Positions 29,269 to 38,683 of a stretch of DNA of 64,000 nt are shown here, in pieces. The notes beneath the pieces were generated by a model. That model did not search any database. It was given only the letters and a program-made list of their open reading frames with translations, and was not told the DNA's origin. A program made the position numbers and the translations under genes. This stretch comes from Clostridia bacterium (GTDB lineage: Bacteria > Bacillota > Clostridia > TANB77 > CAG-508): assembly GCA_900752335.1 (NCBI GenBank), contig CAADUZ010000024.1, forward strand, positions 2,200 to 66,199, read 5' to 3'. Positions within the stretch are counted from its first letter, which is position 1, and each line of letters starts with the position of its first letter.

Positions 29269-30972
29269 TTACATTCTTTCTGGCATTTGTATTCCTAAAA
29301 GTCTTGCTCCATTTTTCAATAACATATTCGTACAATATGTTAAGTATATTCTGGCAGCCTGCAATTTTTCGTCTTCGCATATAATTTTATTTTCGTTATA
29401 AAAACTACTAAATAGTTGTGCTATATTTATTAAATATCTTGATATAATGTATGGTTCATTTTTTTCTGCTGCTTGTTTTACAGTGTTTCCGAAGTTGTAC
29501 ATTTCTTTTATTAAATTTACTGATGCATTGTCTTGAAGTAAATTTATGTCTACTTCGTTTATTTCTGGTAATTTATCTACCTTTTCTAAAACACTATTTG
29601 TACGCACATACATGTATTGTAAATATGGACCTGTTTCGCCATTAAAGTTAAGCATTGTATCCCAATCAAATATTTCGTCTTTTATACGGCTATTGTATAA
29701 ATCATTAAATATTACAGCACCAATTCCAACTTTTTTGGCAACTTCTTCTTTATTTTCTAAATTACTATTTTTTTCTTCTATAATTTTAGATACTCTTGAT
29801 ATTGCTTCATTTAGTAAATCTTCTAGCTTTATAATGTTTCCTTCCCTTGTAGACATTTTGCCAGTTTTTAGCTGAACCATACCAAATGGAACATGTGTTA
29901 GCCCATCTGTATATTTTTTGTCTAGTCCTAACAATTTGGCTGTTTCAAATACTTGCTTGAAGTGAAGTATTTGCTCGTAAGAAGTAACATATATTGCTTT
30001 ATCGAAGTTATATGTCCTTGCTCTGTACATTATCGCCGCTAAATCACGTGTGGCATAAGTTGTAGAGCCATTTGTTTTTTCTATAATGCATGGTGGCATA
30101 TTGTATTCGTCTAAATTGATAACTCTTGCCCCCTCTGATTCTACAAGCTTACCTGTTTTTTCTAGTATATCAACTATCTCTGGCATTTTATCAGAGTAAA
30201 ATGCTTCGCCATTTAAAGAGTCAAAGTGTACGTCAAGTAAATCATATACTTTTTGAAATTCTTTTAAGCTTAAATCTCTAAACTTTTGCCATAATTCTGT
30301 ACAATATTTATCTCCATCTTCTAACTTTTTGAAATTATTTCTGCATTCTTCTAATACACTTTCATCTTCTTTGCATAAGTTATTAATTCTTACATAAATT
30401 TTAGTAAGTTCGTCTATTGGGTTATTTTCAATGTCATATTCGTTTCCCCATCTTTTATATCCTTCAATAAGCTTTCCAAACTGTGTACCATAATCTCCCA
30501 AATGGTTTATTCCAACTACGTTGTATCCTAAAAATTTATATATGTTGTACAAAGCATTACCTATAACCGTAGAGCGAAGATGTCCTATATGGAAAGGTTT
30601 TGCAATATTCGGAGAAGAATAATCTATAACTATAGTTTTATTATTTCCGATTTTGCTATCTCCAAAGCTTTCTTTTTTAGCATCAAACTCTTGTAACACA
30701 GTACCTGCAATAGCAAGCGGATTTATATAAAAGTTCAAATATCCATTTACCACTTCTACTTTTGATACTATTTCTTCATTGATTTTTAATTTTTCCTTTA
30801 TATCGTTTGCTATCATTTGTGGGGCTTTTTTTAGTTCTTTTGCAAGCTTAAAGCATGGAAGAGAATAATCTCCCATGTCTTTGTTTGCTGGAATTTCTAT
30901 ATATTCATAAATATTTTCTATATTAGTAACTTTTTTTATTTCATCTGCTACTATATTTTTAAAGTCTAACAT
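29269..30972 (-). CDS. argS: arginine--tRNA ligase
   Basis: 567 aa; class I HIGH-like PNIAKPFHIGHLRS; ArgRS C-terminal anticodon-binding domain. Confidence 0.9.
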   Translation of the reverse strand: MLDFKNIVADEIKKVTNIENIYEYIEIPANKDMGDYSLPCFKLAKELKKAPQMIANDIKEKLKINEEIVSKVEVVNGYLNFYINPLAIAGTVLQEFDAKKESFGDSKIGNNKTIVIDYSSPNIAKPFHIGHLRSTVIGNALYNIYKFLGYNVVGINHLGDYGTQFGKLIEGYKRWGNEYDIENNPIDELTKIYVRINNLCKEDESVLEECRNNFKKLEDGDKYCTELWQKFRDLSLKEFQKVYDLLDVHFDSLNGEAFYSDKMPEIVDILEKTGKLVESEGARVINLDEYNMPPCIIEKTNGSTTYATRDLAAIMYRARTYNFDKAIYVTSYEQILHFKQVFETAKLLGLDKKYTDGLTHVPFGMVQLKTGKMSTREGNIIKLEDLLNEAISRVSKIIEEKNSNLENKEEVAKKVGIGAVIFNDLYNSRIKDEIFDWDTMLNFNGETGPYLQYMYVRTNSVLEKVDKLPEINEVDINLLQDNASVNLIKEMYNFGNTVKQAAEKNEPYIISRYLINIAQLFSSFYNENKIICEDEKLQAARIYLTYCTNMLLKNGARLLGIQMPERM

Positions 30973-31047
30973 TTCTGCCCTCCTGTTTCATATTTACATT
31001 AGCAATATTTTCGCTTTATAAATCTTGTCATTTTATAATTTTACGAA

Positions 31048-32190
31048 CTAATCTCCTAAATTAATTCCGATCGCTCTAGCTGTTTTTACTAGTTCGTCAT
31101 CCATTGTTACTTTTCTTAAGTTGCTTTCTGGTGTGTTACCTGATACTGCACCAATTTTTGTGTTATTTCCAACAACCTCTTCTAATGGTACACTATTTAA
31201 TTTTCCATCTTTTATAACTGTTAAAACATTAAACTTTCCTTCTAGTGCAAGCTCCATTGCTTTCGTTCCGTACTTTGTAGAAAGTACCCTGTCGTATGCA
31301 GTAGGCGTTCCACCTCTTTGCATATATCCAAGCACTGTGCATCTAGCTTCTAGCCCAGTTAATTCTTCTAATTGTTTAGCAACTTGTTCTCCTATTCCTC
31401 CAAGTTTAGTATTATCAACACCACTACCATTGTTTCTCATGTTTTTAACATGAATTTCTCCACCTATTGGTTTTGCACCTTCTGCAACAACAACCACGCT
31501 AAATGATTTTCCTCTGTTTTTTCTATTAATTACCTTTCTTGCTGCACTTTCTATATCATAAGGAATTTCTGGTATTAATGCTACGTCAGCACCACCTGCT
31601 ATAGCTGACTCTAATGCTATCCAACCTGCATATCTTCCCATTACTTCTAAAACCATTATTCTATGGTGAGTTTCACCAGTCGAGTGTAATCTATCAATAG
31701 CCTCTGTTGCAACAGATACAGCTGTATTGTATCCAAAAGTAATCTCTGTACAAGCAACGTCATTATCTATAGTTTTTGGAACACCTATAACATTAATTCC
31801 TTTTAGTGATAAATCTCTTGCAGATTTTTGTGTACCATCTCCTCCAAGAGTAAATAGGCAATCAATTTCGTCTTTCTTAATATTTTCCACACAAATGTCT
31901 GATAAATCTTTGTATACTGTTTCTCCATTTTCTTCTACAGGATAATTAAAAACATTTGCATTTGTAGAAGAACCTATTATTGAACCACCTTTTGGAAGTA
32001 TTCCTACAGCATTACCTGTAGAACTTGTACCTAATTTTATAATATCGTTTTTAAGTAAACCTCTAAACCCATCTATAAAGCCATAACATTCTATATTCTT
32101 GTTCTCCGCAGTTTTTATTATTGCTCTTATTACTGCATTAAAACCTGATACGTCTCCACCATTTGCAAGTATAGCTACTTTTTTTAACAT
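31048..32190 (-). CDS. pfkA: ATP-dependent 6-phosphofructokinase (long form)
   Basis: VAILANGGDVSGFNAVIRA, GGDGT, MGRYAGW motifs. Confidence 0.85.
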   Translation of the reverse strand: MLKKVAILANGGDVSGFNAVIRAIIKTAENKNIECYGFIDGFRGLLKNDIIKLGTSSTGNAVGILPKGGSIIGSSTNANVFNYPVEENGETVYKDLSDICVENIKKDEIDCLFTLGGDGTQKSARDLSLKGINVIGVPKTIDNDVACTEITFGYNTAVSVATEAIDRLHSTGETHHRIMVLEVMGRYAGWIALESAIAGGADVALIPEIPYDIESAARKVINRKNRGKSFSVVVVAEGAKPIGGEIHVKNMRNNGSGVDNTKLGGIGEQVAKQLEELTGLEARCTVLGYMQRGGTPTAYDRVLSTKYGTKAMELALEGKFNVLTVIKDGKLNSVPLEEVVGNNTKIGAVSGNTPESNLRKVTMDDELVKTARAIGINLGD

Positions 32191-32370
32191 AAATCTTCTC
32201 TCCTTTGTAAATCGTTATTCATATTATCAATTTATATAGTAGTATAAATAGTGGTATTGTATTTCCTACTACTATTTTGCATATTACTATTATACCAATA
32301 AATAGAAAAAAAACAACTTTTTTTGAGAGATTTTTTGAATTTGTGTAGCAAAATATAGGTAGTGGCGTTT

Positions 32371-32440
32371 GGGACTGAATGAAAAAAGTTGGGGAGGGAA
32401 ACTATTCAAGTTTCCCTCCCCAACTTTTTTCATTCAGTCT
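32371..32440. terminator. long hairpin terminator downstream of the pilin-like FGE gene
   Basis: gactgaatgaaaaaagttggggagggaaac / gtttccctccccaacttttttcattcagtc, near-perfect 30-bp stem. Confidence 0.6.
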
Positions 32441-32516
32441 TTTATATTTTATTATAATATATTTTATTTTGTCTATTTTTTCATTTCGAATAAAAATTCT
32501 TATACACTCACATAAT

Positions 32517-33746
32517 CTATTCCAAATAAAGTACTATGCGAAAGCCAAGATTTTCATAAGAATCGCCAGCCGCATCAAATTCAGGAAGACGAATAGCGCT
32601 GTAATTACTATCTGAATAACTTCCCCCTCTTGTCACACCACTTGCCATTATTTCTCCAAGCATATTATTACTAAAGAGTTCTTCTGTCCATTCTTTACAA
32701 TTTCCTAACATATCATAAATGTTTGAATATTTATCTGATTCTTTTCCAGTTACTTTATATTCTCCAGTTTGTTCCACTGACTGTGTATTTATATTGCCAT
32801 AATCACTATCTGTTGTTACAGCTAGTAAATACCCTTTCTCGTTTGTTTGACATACGAAATTTAGTGCTGTATCCCATGCATAACTGCTAGCTAATACGCT
32901 CGTAACATAATAATTATCGTACATTGCACTTGCTCGTATTCTTGCTGTATATAGTGTTACATGTGTAAATGGATACTTGCTTGCTTGTACCACTAGCGGT
33001 ATCTTCTCTGTATCTACTGGCGAAGTTATTTCTGTTTCACTTCCTGTTTCATATCTTCCTATATAAAATCCTTTATTCGTTATGCTACTTGTTTTGAAAT
33101 ATTCAAGCGGGTCTTGTACTAGTGAATTTCCTTCACCATAATAATATTCATTATATTCCTCGGCCAATGGCCCTGCTATTGCATCATCCCCATTTACTAG
33201 TGTTGAGCTATTTTCTGTAAATGTTCTTCTACTTAATTCATTTGTTAATTTTCCTGCAGAATTTATACTAGTAGATACATTATATTCTCCTACTGGTATC
33301 CACACAAATTGGTTTCCGGCATCGTCCTCTATTACTATTCCTTCTTCTACTTTTGTTCCACTATCTTCTGCTATATGAAATTCTCCTGGTATTGTTACTT
33401 CATTATCTAAATCGTCTGTTATTGTTGTTGTATCTTCAAATCTTTTTCCACTTTCTTTTGCTTCTTCCACTTCACTTTTTTCTACTGGCGGATTCTGGTC
33501 TTCCGCCATTATATTTGCATATTCGCTCATCAAACTATTCAACCCTTGTTGTTCTTCTAATGCTGCTTGCTCTGTTAATTCCTTGGCTTGCTGTGCTCTT
33601 TGAATGAGCCCTCCTTCTCCTAATACTACATTTAATGTTACTGTTGCAAGTATTATTAATATAACTATTGTTATTACTAATGCAATTAACGTAATACCTT
33701 TTTCTTGTGTTGCTTTAATTTTGTTCTTCTTCTTTACTTCTTTCAC
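32517..33746 (-). CDS. pilin-like N-terminal (prepilin-type) TM segment fused to an FGE-sulfatase (SUMF1-like) domain protein, paralog 1
   Basis: 409 aa; N-terminus KGITLIALVITIVILIILA (type IV pilin-like, Glu+5 replaced by Ala); C-terminus GNCKEWTEE...TRGGSYSDS...GFRIV (FGE-sulfatase hallmarks). Confidence 0.65.
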   Translation of the reverse strand: MKEVKKKNKIKATQEKGITLIALVITIVILIILATVTLNVVLGEGGLIQRAQQAKELTEQAALEEQQGLNSLMSEYANIMAEDQNPPVEKSEVEEAKESGKRFEDTTTITDDLDNEVTIPGEFHIAEDSGTKVEEGIVIEDDAGNQFVWIPVGEYNVSTSINSAGKLTNELSRRTFTENSSTLVNGDDAIAGPLAEEYNEYYYGEGNSLVQDPLEYFKTSSITNKGFYIGRYETGSETEITSPVDTEKIPLVVQASKYPFTHVTLYTARIRASAMYDNYYVTSVLASSYAWDTALNFVCQTNEKGYLLAVTTDSDYGNINTQSVEQTGEYKVTGKESDKYSNIYDMLGNCKEWTEELFSNNMLGEIMASGVTRGGSYSDSNYSAIRLPEFDAAGDSYENLGFRIVLYLE

Positions 33747-33812
33747 TTTTCTTTATCCTCCTTGTTTTTTTATTTATATATTTTTAAAATTAAAATCTAA
33801 ATTTATATATAT

Positions 33813-33850
33813 TTTTTGCACACAAAAAGGACAGACTATATGCCTATCTT
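33813..33850 (-). terminator. intrinsic terminator of the spoIIIA operon
   Basis: ggcggactatatgcc-aagata-ggcatatagtctgtcc followed by TTTTTGTGTGC on the minus strand. Confidence 0.5.
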
Positions 33851-33956
33851 GGCATATAGTCCGCCCTTTGTACTGATTTATTTGTCCTAATTTTGTATTA
33901 TTTATTTTACTTGTATTTTTTGCATAATTAATAAAGCCCAATTCTTTAAAATATAG

Positions 33957-33978
33957 CTCTCTCTCTCTCTCTCTCTCT
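33957..33978. repeat. (CT)11 dinucleotide microsatellite
   Basis: ctctctctctctctctctctct in the 420-bp intergenic region upstream of FGE paralog 1. Lies inside a 26-aa ATG ORF (34026 to 33946, minus strand) that has an RBS. Confidence 0.9.
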
Positions 33979-34166
33979 TACAGCTTCAAGCGTTTCGCTT
34001 CTTTCTATTTTTCTACTGTTCTTCATTTATTTTTCCTTTCTTTTTAATTATGCTCTTTTCTTTAGTGTATTTTTATTATATGCTATTTGTATTTTCTTTT
34101 CAATTACTTTTAGCAAATGTAATGTAATTTTAATATGTCTGTAACATTTTTGTAATATTTTACTTC

Positions 34167-34904
34167 TTATTCCTTATTCATTATATGTATATTCCCTATA
34201 TCCGCTTCTAGCTCCCTTGTAATAATATTTTGCATTTGTGCTATTTCTTCTTTTTCTAAATCATCTCCTTTAACAATAACATTTATGCTATCTCCATTAA
34301 CAAAAATTATTAAATCCTCTATTCCTTTTGTTTTAATTAAATTCTCTGCTATCATTATCGCATTTTGTTCATTATTTAGTTTTGTTATCTCCGCTTGTGC
34401 AGTTTTCTTTTGCGCTTCACTTACATTAGTATTATTTAATATGTCATGGTAGTTTTCTATTCTCTGTGAATACATAGATTCTCTTTCTAGCCTTGAACTT
34501 GTAAAATAGCTATCTATGTCTTGTGTATCATTAGAACTTGTTGCTACTGTGCTTTCACTCACATTGTTTATTTCGCTTTTTTCTTCGCTACTAGAATCTA
34601 ATTCATTTTTTGTACTATCATTTATTGTATTCGTATCCACATTATTCATTATGCTATTATCGCCTGCTTCTTCTGTAATTGTATTACTATTTATGCTGTT
34701 AGCACTTTCTGCTACATTGGCACTTACAAGCTTTGCATCTCCTATACTTGCCATCTCTTCAGAATCGGCTATACTACTTGCTGTTATTCCTTCGGTTTCT
34801 TTGTTGTTATTTACATAGCTTAAATAGCCTGCAGTTATTATCATAAGTCCTATAGTAAAAACAATAATTTGATTTCTTTTAAAAATACTCTTAAAAAAAT
34901 TCAT
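34167..34904 (-). CDS. spoIIIAH: stage III sporulation protein AH
   Basis: N-terminal TM, Ser/Thr/Asn-rich linker, C-terminal YscJ/FliF-like domain; last gene of the spoIIIA operon. Confidence 0.75.
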   Translation of the reverse strand: MNFFKSIFKRNQIIVFTIGLMIITAGYLSYVNNNKETEGITASSIADSEEMASIGDAKLVSANVAESANSINSNTITEEAGDNSIMNNVDTNTINDSTKNELDSSSEEKSEINNVSESTVATSSNDTQDIDSYFTSSRLERESMYSQRIENYHDILNNTNVSEAQKKTAQAEITKLNNEQNAIMIAENLIKTKGIEDLIIFVNGDSINVIVKGDDLEKEEIAQMQNIITRELEADIGNIHIMNKE

Positions 34905-34924
34905 GTTTCCTCCTTATTTTTTCT

Positions 34925-35627
34925 CTAATTTGACATTTCAAACACTTGTATTTTATGTGTGGGAAGTCCCGTTACTGCTGATACCGCTTGTATTATATTG
35001 GTCTTTACTGTAACGTCATTCGCCCCCTTTGCCGTTATTATCGCACCTTCTATGCTTGGACTTATTATACTCTGCGTTATTAGTGTTTTGCCATTATCTG
35101 TTTCTTCATATATCACTTCTTTTTTCGTGTCTGTTTGTGATACTTTCCTTGTTCCGTCCTTCGCTATCTGTTTCTTCTGTATTTTCCTCACTGCTTTCTT
35201 CATTATATACTGGCATTATTTTATTTGTTTCCGAATATGTAATCATGACTTTTACTTCTCCCACACCATTTATTTTTGCAAGTATTTCTTCTAATTCTGT
35301 TTCTACACTATTCTTGTCTACAGTTTGTTCTATCTTTTCTTTCCCCTCATTATTCGCTATTTGACCTGTAGACATGCCACTTGCTAATTTTTTATTTGCA
35401 TCGCTTGTTTGTGTATCATTTCCATCTGTTTTTTCTTCTCCGTTCCATATATAGTTTATTACTAGTATCGTTATTATGAGTATGGTTAAAAATACTGCCA
35501 AATTTTCTAGTTTCTTTTTATCACTTTTTATTCCTTTTTCAGCTATTTCGCCTTTTTCTACTTCATTTGCATTTTTATTTGAGAAAAATTTTTTAATTTT
35601 ATCCACCAACATTTTCTTTTCCTCCAA
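34925..35627 (-). pseudogene. spoIIIAG: stage III sporulation protein AG, split by a frameshift near 35150-35165
   Basis: ORF 35106-35627 has the N-terminal TM and VGEVKVMITYSE region. ORF 34925-35203 has the C-terminal ring-forming domain (AIITAKGANDVTVKTNIIQAVSAVTGLPTHKIQVF). The two overlap in different frames; removing one base from gaaggaCgg gives DSEGGTRKV, like the B. subtilis GDGGTRKV. Confidence 0.65.
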
Positions 35628-35657
35628 ACTTTTACTCGTGTTTATACTAAACTAATT

Positions 35658-36245
35658 TTAATTTATGCTTATGTTATTCATACTAATTCCATATGTGCTA
35701 CTTAAATATTCCTTTATTTCTTGTTTCTGCGTTATGTTTAATTTATTTTCTTGATTTCTACTACTTTCTTGCTCTTCTTGTTTTTCTTCCTCTATCTCGT
35801 TATTTAAAATATCTACTTTTACTTTTTCAACCTGCTGCACTTGTTCCACTTCATTTGTTTTATTGCTATCATTTTCTTGATATGAATTTTTGTTCGTAAC
35901 TATATCTATCTTTACTTCTGCTATTTCATAAGTATCATAATTGCCTATTTGTAATTCTATATTATTTATCACATATCCCTTTGCTTCTATTTTTGCCTTC
36001 ATATCCTCTTTTATCCCATTTATATATATATTTGTTATATTCCCTGCATTTTCGCTTTCTACACTTTCCTGCATTTTGCTTGACGCTTCCACTTCTTGTA
36101 TGTATTCGTTTAAGTCCAATATTTCAGATACTTTAATTTCTTTTCCGGAAAATTTTGTAATAACCGGAGAAACTATTGTAAATAGCACATATATTCCTAT
36201 TACTACCTTTATGTATTTTTTGCAGTTTCCTTCTGGAAGTATCAT
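35658..36245 (-). CDS. spoIIIAF: stage III sporulation protein AF
   Basis: 195 aa; N-terminal two TM helices; operon position. Confidence 0.7.
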   Translation of the reverse strand: MILPEGNCKKYIKVVIGIYVLFTIVSPVITKFSGKEIKVSEILDLNEYIQEVEASSKMQESVESENAGNITNIYINGIKEDMKAKIEAKGYVINNIELQIGNYDTYEIAEVKIDIVTNKNSYQENDSNKTNEVEQVQQVEKVKVDILNNEIEEEKQEEQESSRNQENKLNITQKQEIKEYLSSTYGISMNNISIN

Positions 36246-36349
36246 TTCTATAACTGTTCCTATTATTATCGCGGCTATGATAGCACTTGCCCAATTACTT
36301 AACCATTCAGTAATAACTTACCACCTCCACACTATATCCATCTAGCTAC

Positions 36350-37519
36350 TTAAAGTGACATTTTTATTACTATTGTTATTCCTATAATTAGCATGACGGA
36401 TATGCTGCACAGTATTGCCAAGAATGTTTTGAATGTGTCGCCCATTTGGTCTAGTAAGGATACTATTTTGCCATCTGCTATTGGTTGGCAAAGTGCTGCT
36501 CCTAAATAGTAGATTCCCATGAGTATTGCCAGTTTTATTATTGGTAGTATTACTATTCCTATAATGATTATTATCCCTACTATTCCTGTTGCATTTTTTA
36601 GTATTGTGCTGCAGCCTATTACTGTGTCTACGGCATCTCCTAATATTTTTCCCACTACTGGTATAAAGCTTGATACTGCTGCTTTTGCTGTTTTGGCTGT
36701 TACTGCATCTACATTACCACTTAAACTTCCTTCTACTGAAGTGAGTCCTACAAATATTGTTAGTACTACGCCTAATACCCATACTACGCTGCTTTTGAAG
36801 AATTTTGATAGTTTGTCTATTTGTACTTTGTCAGATATTTTTGATACTATACCAAGTGAGGTTGATATTAGTACGATTGGTATTATTACATTTGTTACTA
36901 AATTTCCTATGAATGTTATTACGAATAACAGAATGCCTTGCATTAAATTTGCTGATACTACATGTCCTGTGGTTATCATTAATGTTATTAATATTGGAAC
37001 TAATAAGTTTATGAAATTTACTAAATTCTGTATTGATTCTTTTATAATGTCTAATATTTGTACAAAGTTTGTCATTATTAACGTCACTATAAGTACGTAT
37101 TGCACATAGTACGTAATTTGTGCTATTCCTTTGTTTTCCAAGCCTTCGCTTATGTTTTTTAGTATACTATGTATTACTATTATAACTAATATGCTTGCTA
37201 GTATTTTTATTGCATCTAATATTTCTCCCCCTATTAAGTTTAATATGCTTTTTATTATCCCACTATTTTCTATGTTTCCTGATAATGCAGAAGAGAAAAT
37301 TTCGTTCATATCTAAATCTTCGTATATGTCTTCTGTATATTTGTCCGCTTCTTCTATAAATGAATCTATATCTAGCATTTCTTGCTGCGATTCTATAATT
37401 TCGTCTGTGCTAATGCTATTTTCTACTAGACTGTTTGAATTCATGGCTTCTTCTGTGGCTTGTACATTATTGGGAAATATCATTAGTATTAAGAGTAACA
37501 AGAAAAAGATTTTTTTCAT
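36350..37519 (-). CDS. spoIIIAE: stage III sporulation protein AE
   Basis: 389 aa; signal peptide plus polytopic membrane protein; operon position. Confidence 0.8.
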   Translation of the reverse strand: MKKIFFLLLLILMIFPNNVQATEEAMNSNSLVENSISTDEIIESQQEMLDIDSFIEEADKYTEDIYEDLDMNEIFSSALSGNIENSGIIKSILNLIGGEILDAIKILASILVIIVIHSILKNISEGLENKGIAQITYYVQYVLIVTLIMTNFVQILDIIKESIQNLVNFINLLVPILITLMITTGHVVSANLMQGILLFVITFIGNLVTNVIIPIVLISTSLGIVSKISDKVQIDKLSKFFKSSVVWVLGVVLTIFVGLTSVEGSLSGNVDAVTAKTAKAAVSSFIPVVGKILGDAVDTVIGCSTILKNATGIVGIIIIIGIVILPIIKLAILMGIYYLGAALCQPIADGKIVSLLDQMGDTFKTFLAILCSISVMLIIGITIVIKMSL

Positions 37520-37532
37520 TTGCTTTCACACC

Positions 37533-37952
37533 TTACGGTAATATTTTTACGATTGTTTCTAATAGGCTTGAAATTATTGGAATGGACATTGATACGATTA
37601 TTACTTTTCCTCCCATGTCTACTTTGTTTGCTATTGCACTTTCGCCAGTATCTTTACATATGCTTACTGCAAATTCTGTTAGGAATGCTATTCCGGTTAT
37701 TTTAATAAGTAATTTTAAAAATTCATTGTTTATAGACGCTTTGTTTGAAAGTGAAGTTAAAAGGTCAACTATTCCACTTATTTTGTCCATTAGGAATAAT
37801 AGGATTATTGCTCCTGCAAGTAGTGATACATATAGCGTAAATTCCGGCTTATATTGTCTTATTATTATGATTATTATAAGGGAGATAAGTCCCACACCAA
37901 TGATTTTTATAATATCCATAAGTAGCCCTCCCTCTAAATTCCTACAAGCCAA
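37533..37952 (-). CDS. spoIIIAD: stage III sporulation protein AD
   Basis: 139 aa, 4 TM helices; operon position. Confidence 0.75.
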   Translation of the reverse strand: MACRNLEGGLLMDIIKIIGVGLISLIIIIIIRQYKPEFTLYVSLLAGAIILLFLMDKISGIVDLLTSLSNKASINNEFLKLLIKITGIAFLTEFAVSICKDTGESAIANKVDMGGKVIIVSMSIPIISSLLETIVKILP

Positions 37953-38151
37953 ACATGGTCCTTACTGAATCGAATAATGTACTTATTTCTTTTATAACTA
38001 ATGTAAGCACTATAACAAGACCTGCAAGAGTTGTCATCATTGCTTGATCTTCTCTTCCTGCTCTTACCAATACCTGATGGAGCACCGCTACTAAAATTCC
38101 TATTGCAGCTATTTTGAATAATAAATCTATTTCCATATAATTCCTCTCCAT
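37942..38151 (-). CDS. spoIIIAC: stage III sporulation protein AC
   Basis: 69 aa, 2 TM helices; operon position. Confidence 0.75.
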   Translation of the reverse strand: MERNYMEIDLLFKIAAIGILVAVLHQVLVRAGREDQAMMTTLAGLVIVLTLVIKEISTLFDSVRTMFGL

Positions 38152-38173
38152 AAATAATTTTGTATTGTATAAT

Positions 38174-38683
38174 CTAAACTAATATAATAACTATTGCCAG
38201 CCCTACAACGCCTCCTAATGTTTTATATAGTTTTTCGTTTTTTTGCTTTTCTTTTTCTGCCAAATCTATCTGTGTGTTTAAAAAGTTTTGTACTAGTTTT
38301 ATCTCACTTATTTGTCCGTCTATATCTGTCTTTCCAAGTAATTTTCCTAATGATTTTATAATATCTTTATCTTCTTTTGTAAAGCTAGTGTCAGTTTGTT
38401 CTATAGATTCTTCCCAGGCTTCTCCTGCCGATTTTTCTTGCATATTTTCCGAAGCGGTTTTAAATATTTTTCCTACGTTTCCAGAAACGTTTGCACCTAT
38501 CTCGCTAAAACTTACTGGTACTGCTTCATATGTAAATTTTATTTTGGTTAAGAACATATTTAATGCATTTTTCATATTTCGCAGTTCTTCTACTCTATTT
38601 GAGTATTTCTTTGCTATTATTTTTCCCATCCTTATACTTGCTAAAAATATTGATAATAATATAAAAGTTTTAATAAATATCAT
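38174..38683 (-). CDS. spoIIIAB: stage III sporulation protein AB
   Basis: 169 aa; operon position. Confidence 0.75.
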   Translation of the reverse strand: MIFIKTFILLSIFLASIRMGKIIAKKYSNRVEELRNMKNALNMFLTKIKFTYEAVPVSFSEIGANVSGNVGKIFKTASENMQEKSAGEAWEESIEQTDTSFTKEDKDIIKSLGKLLGKTDIDGQISEIKLVQNFLNTQIDLAEKEKQKNEKLYKTLGGVVGLAIVIILV

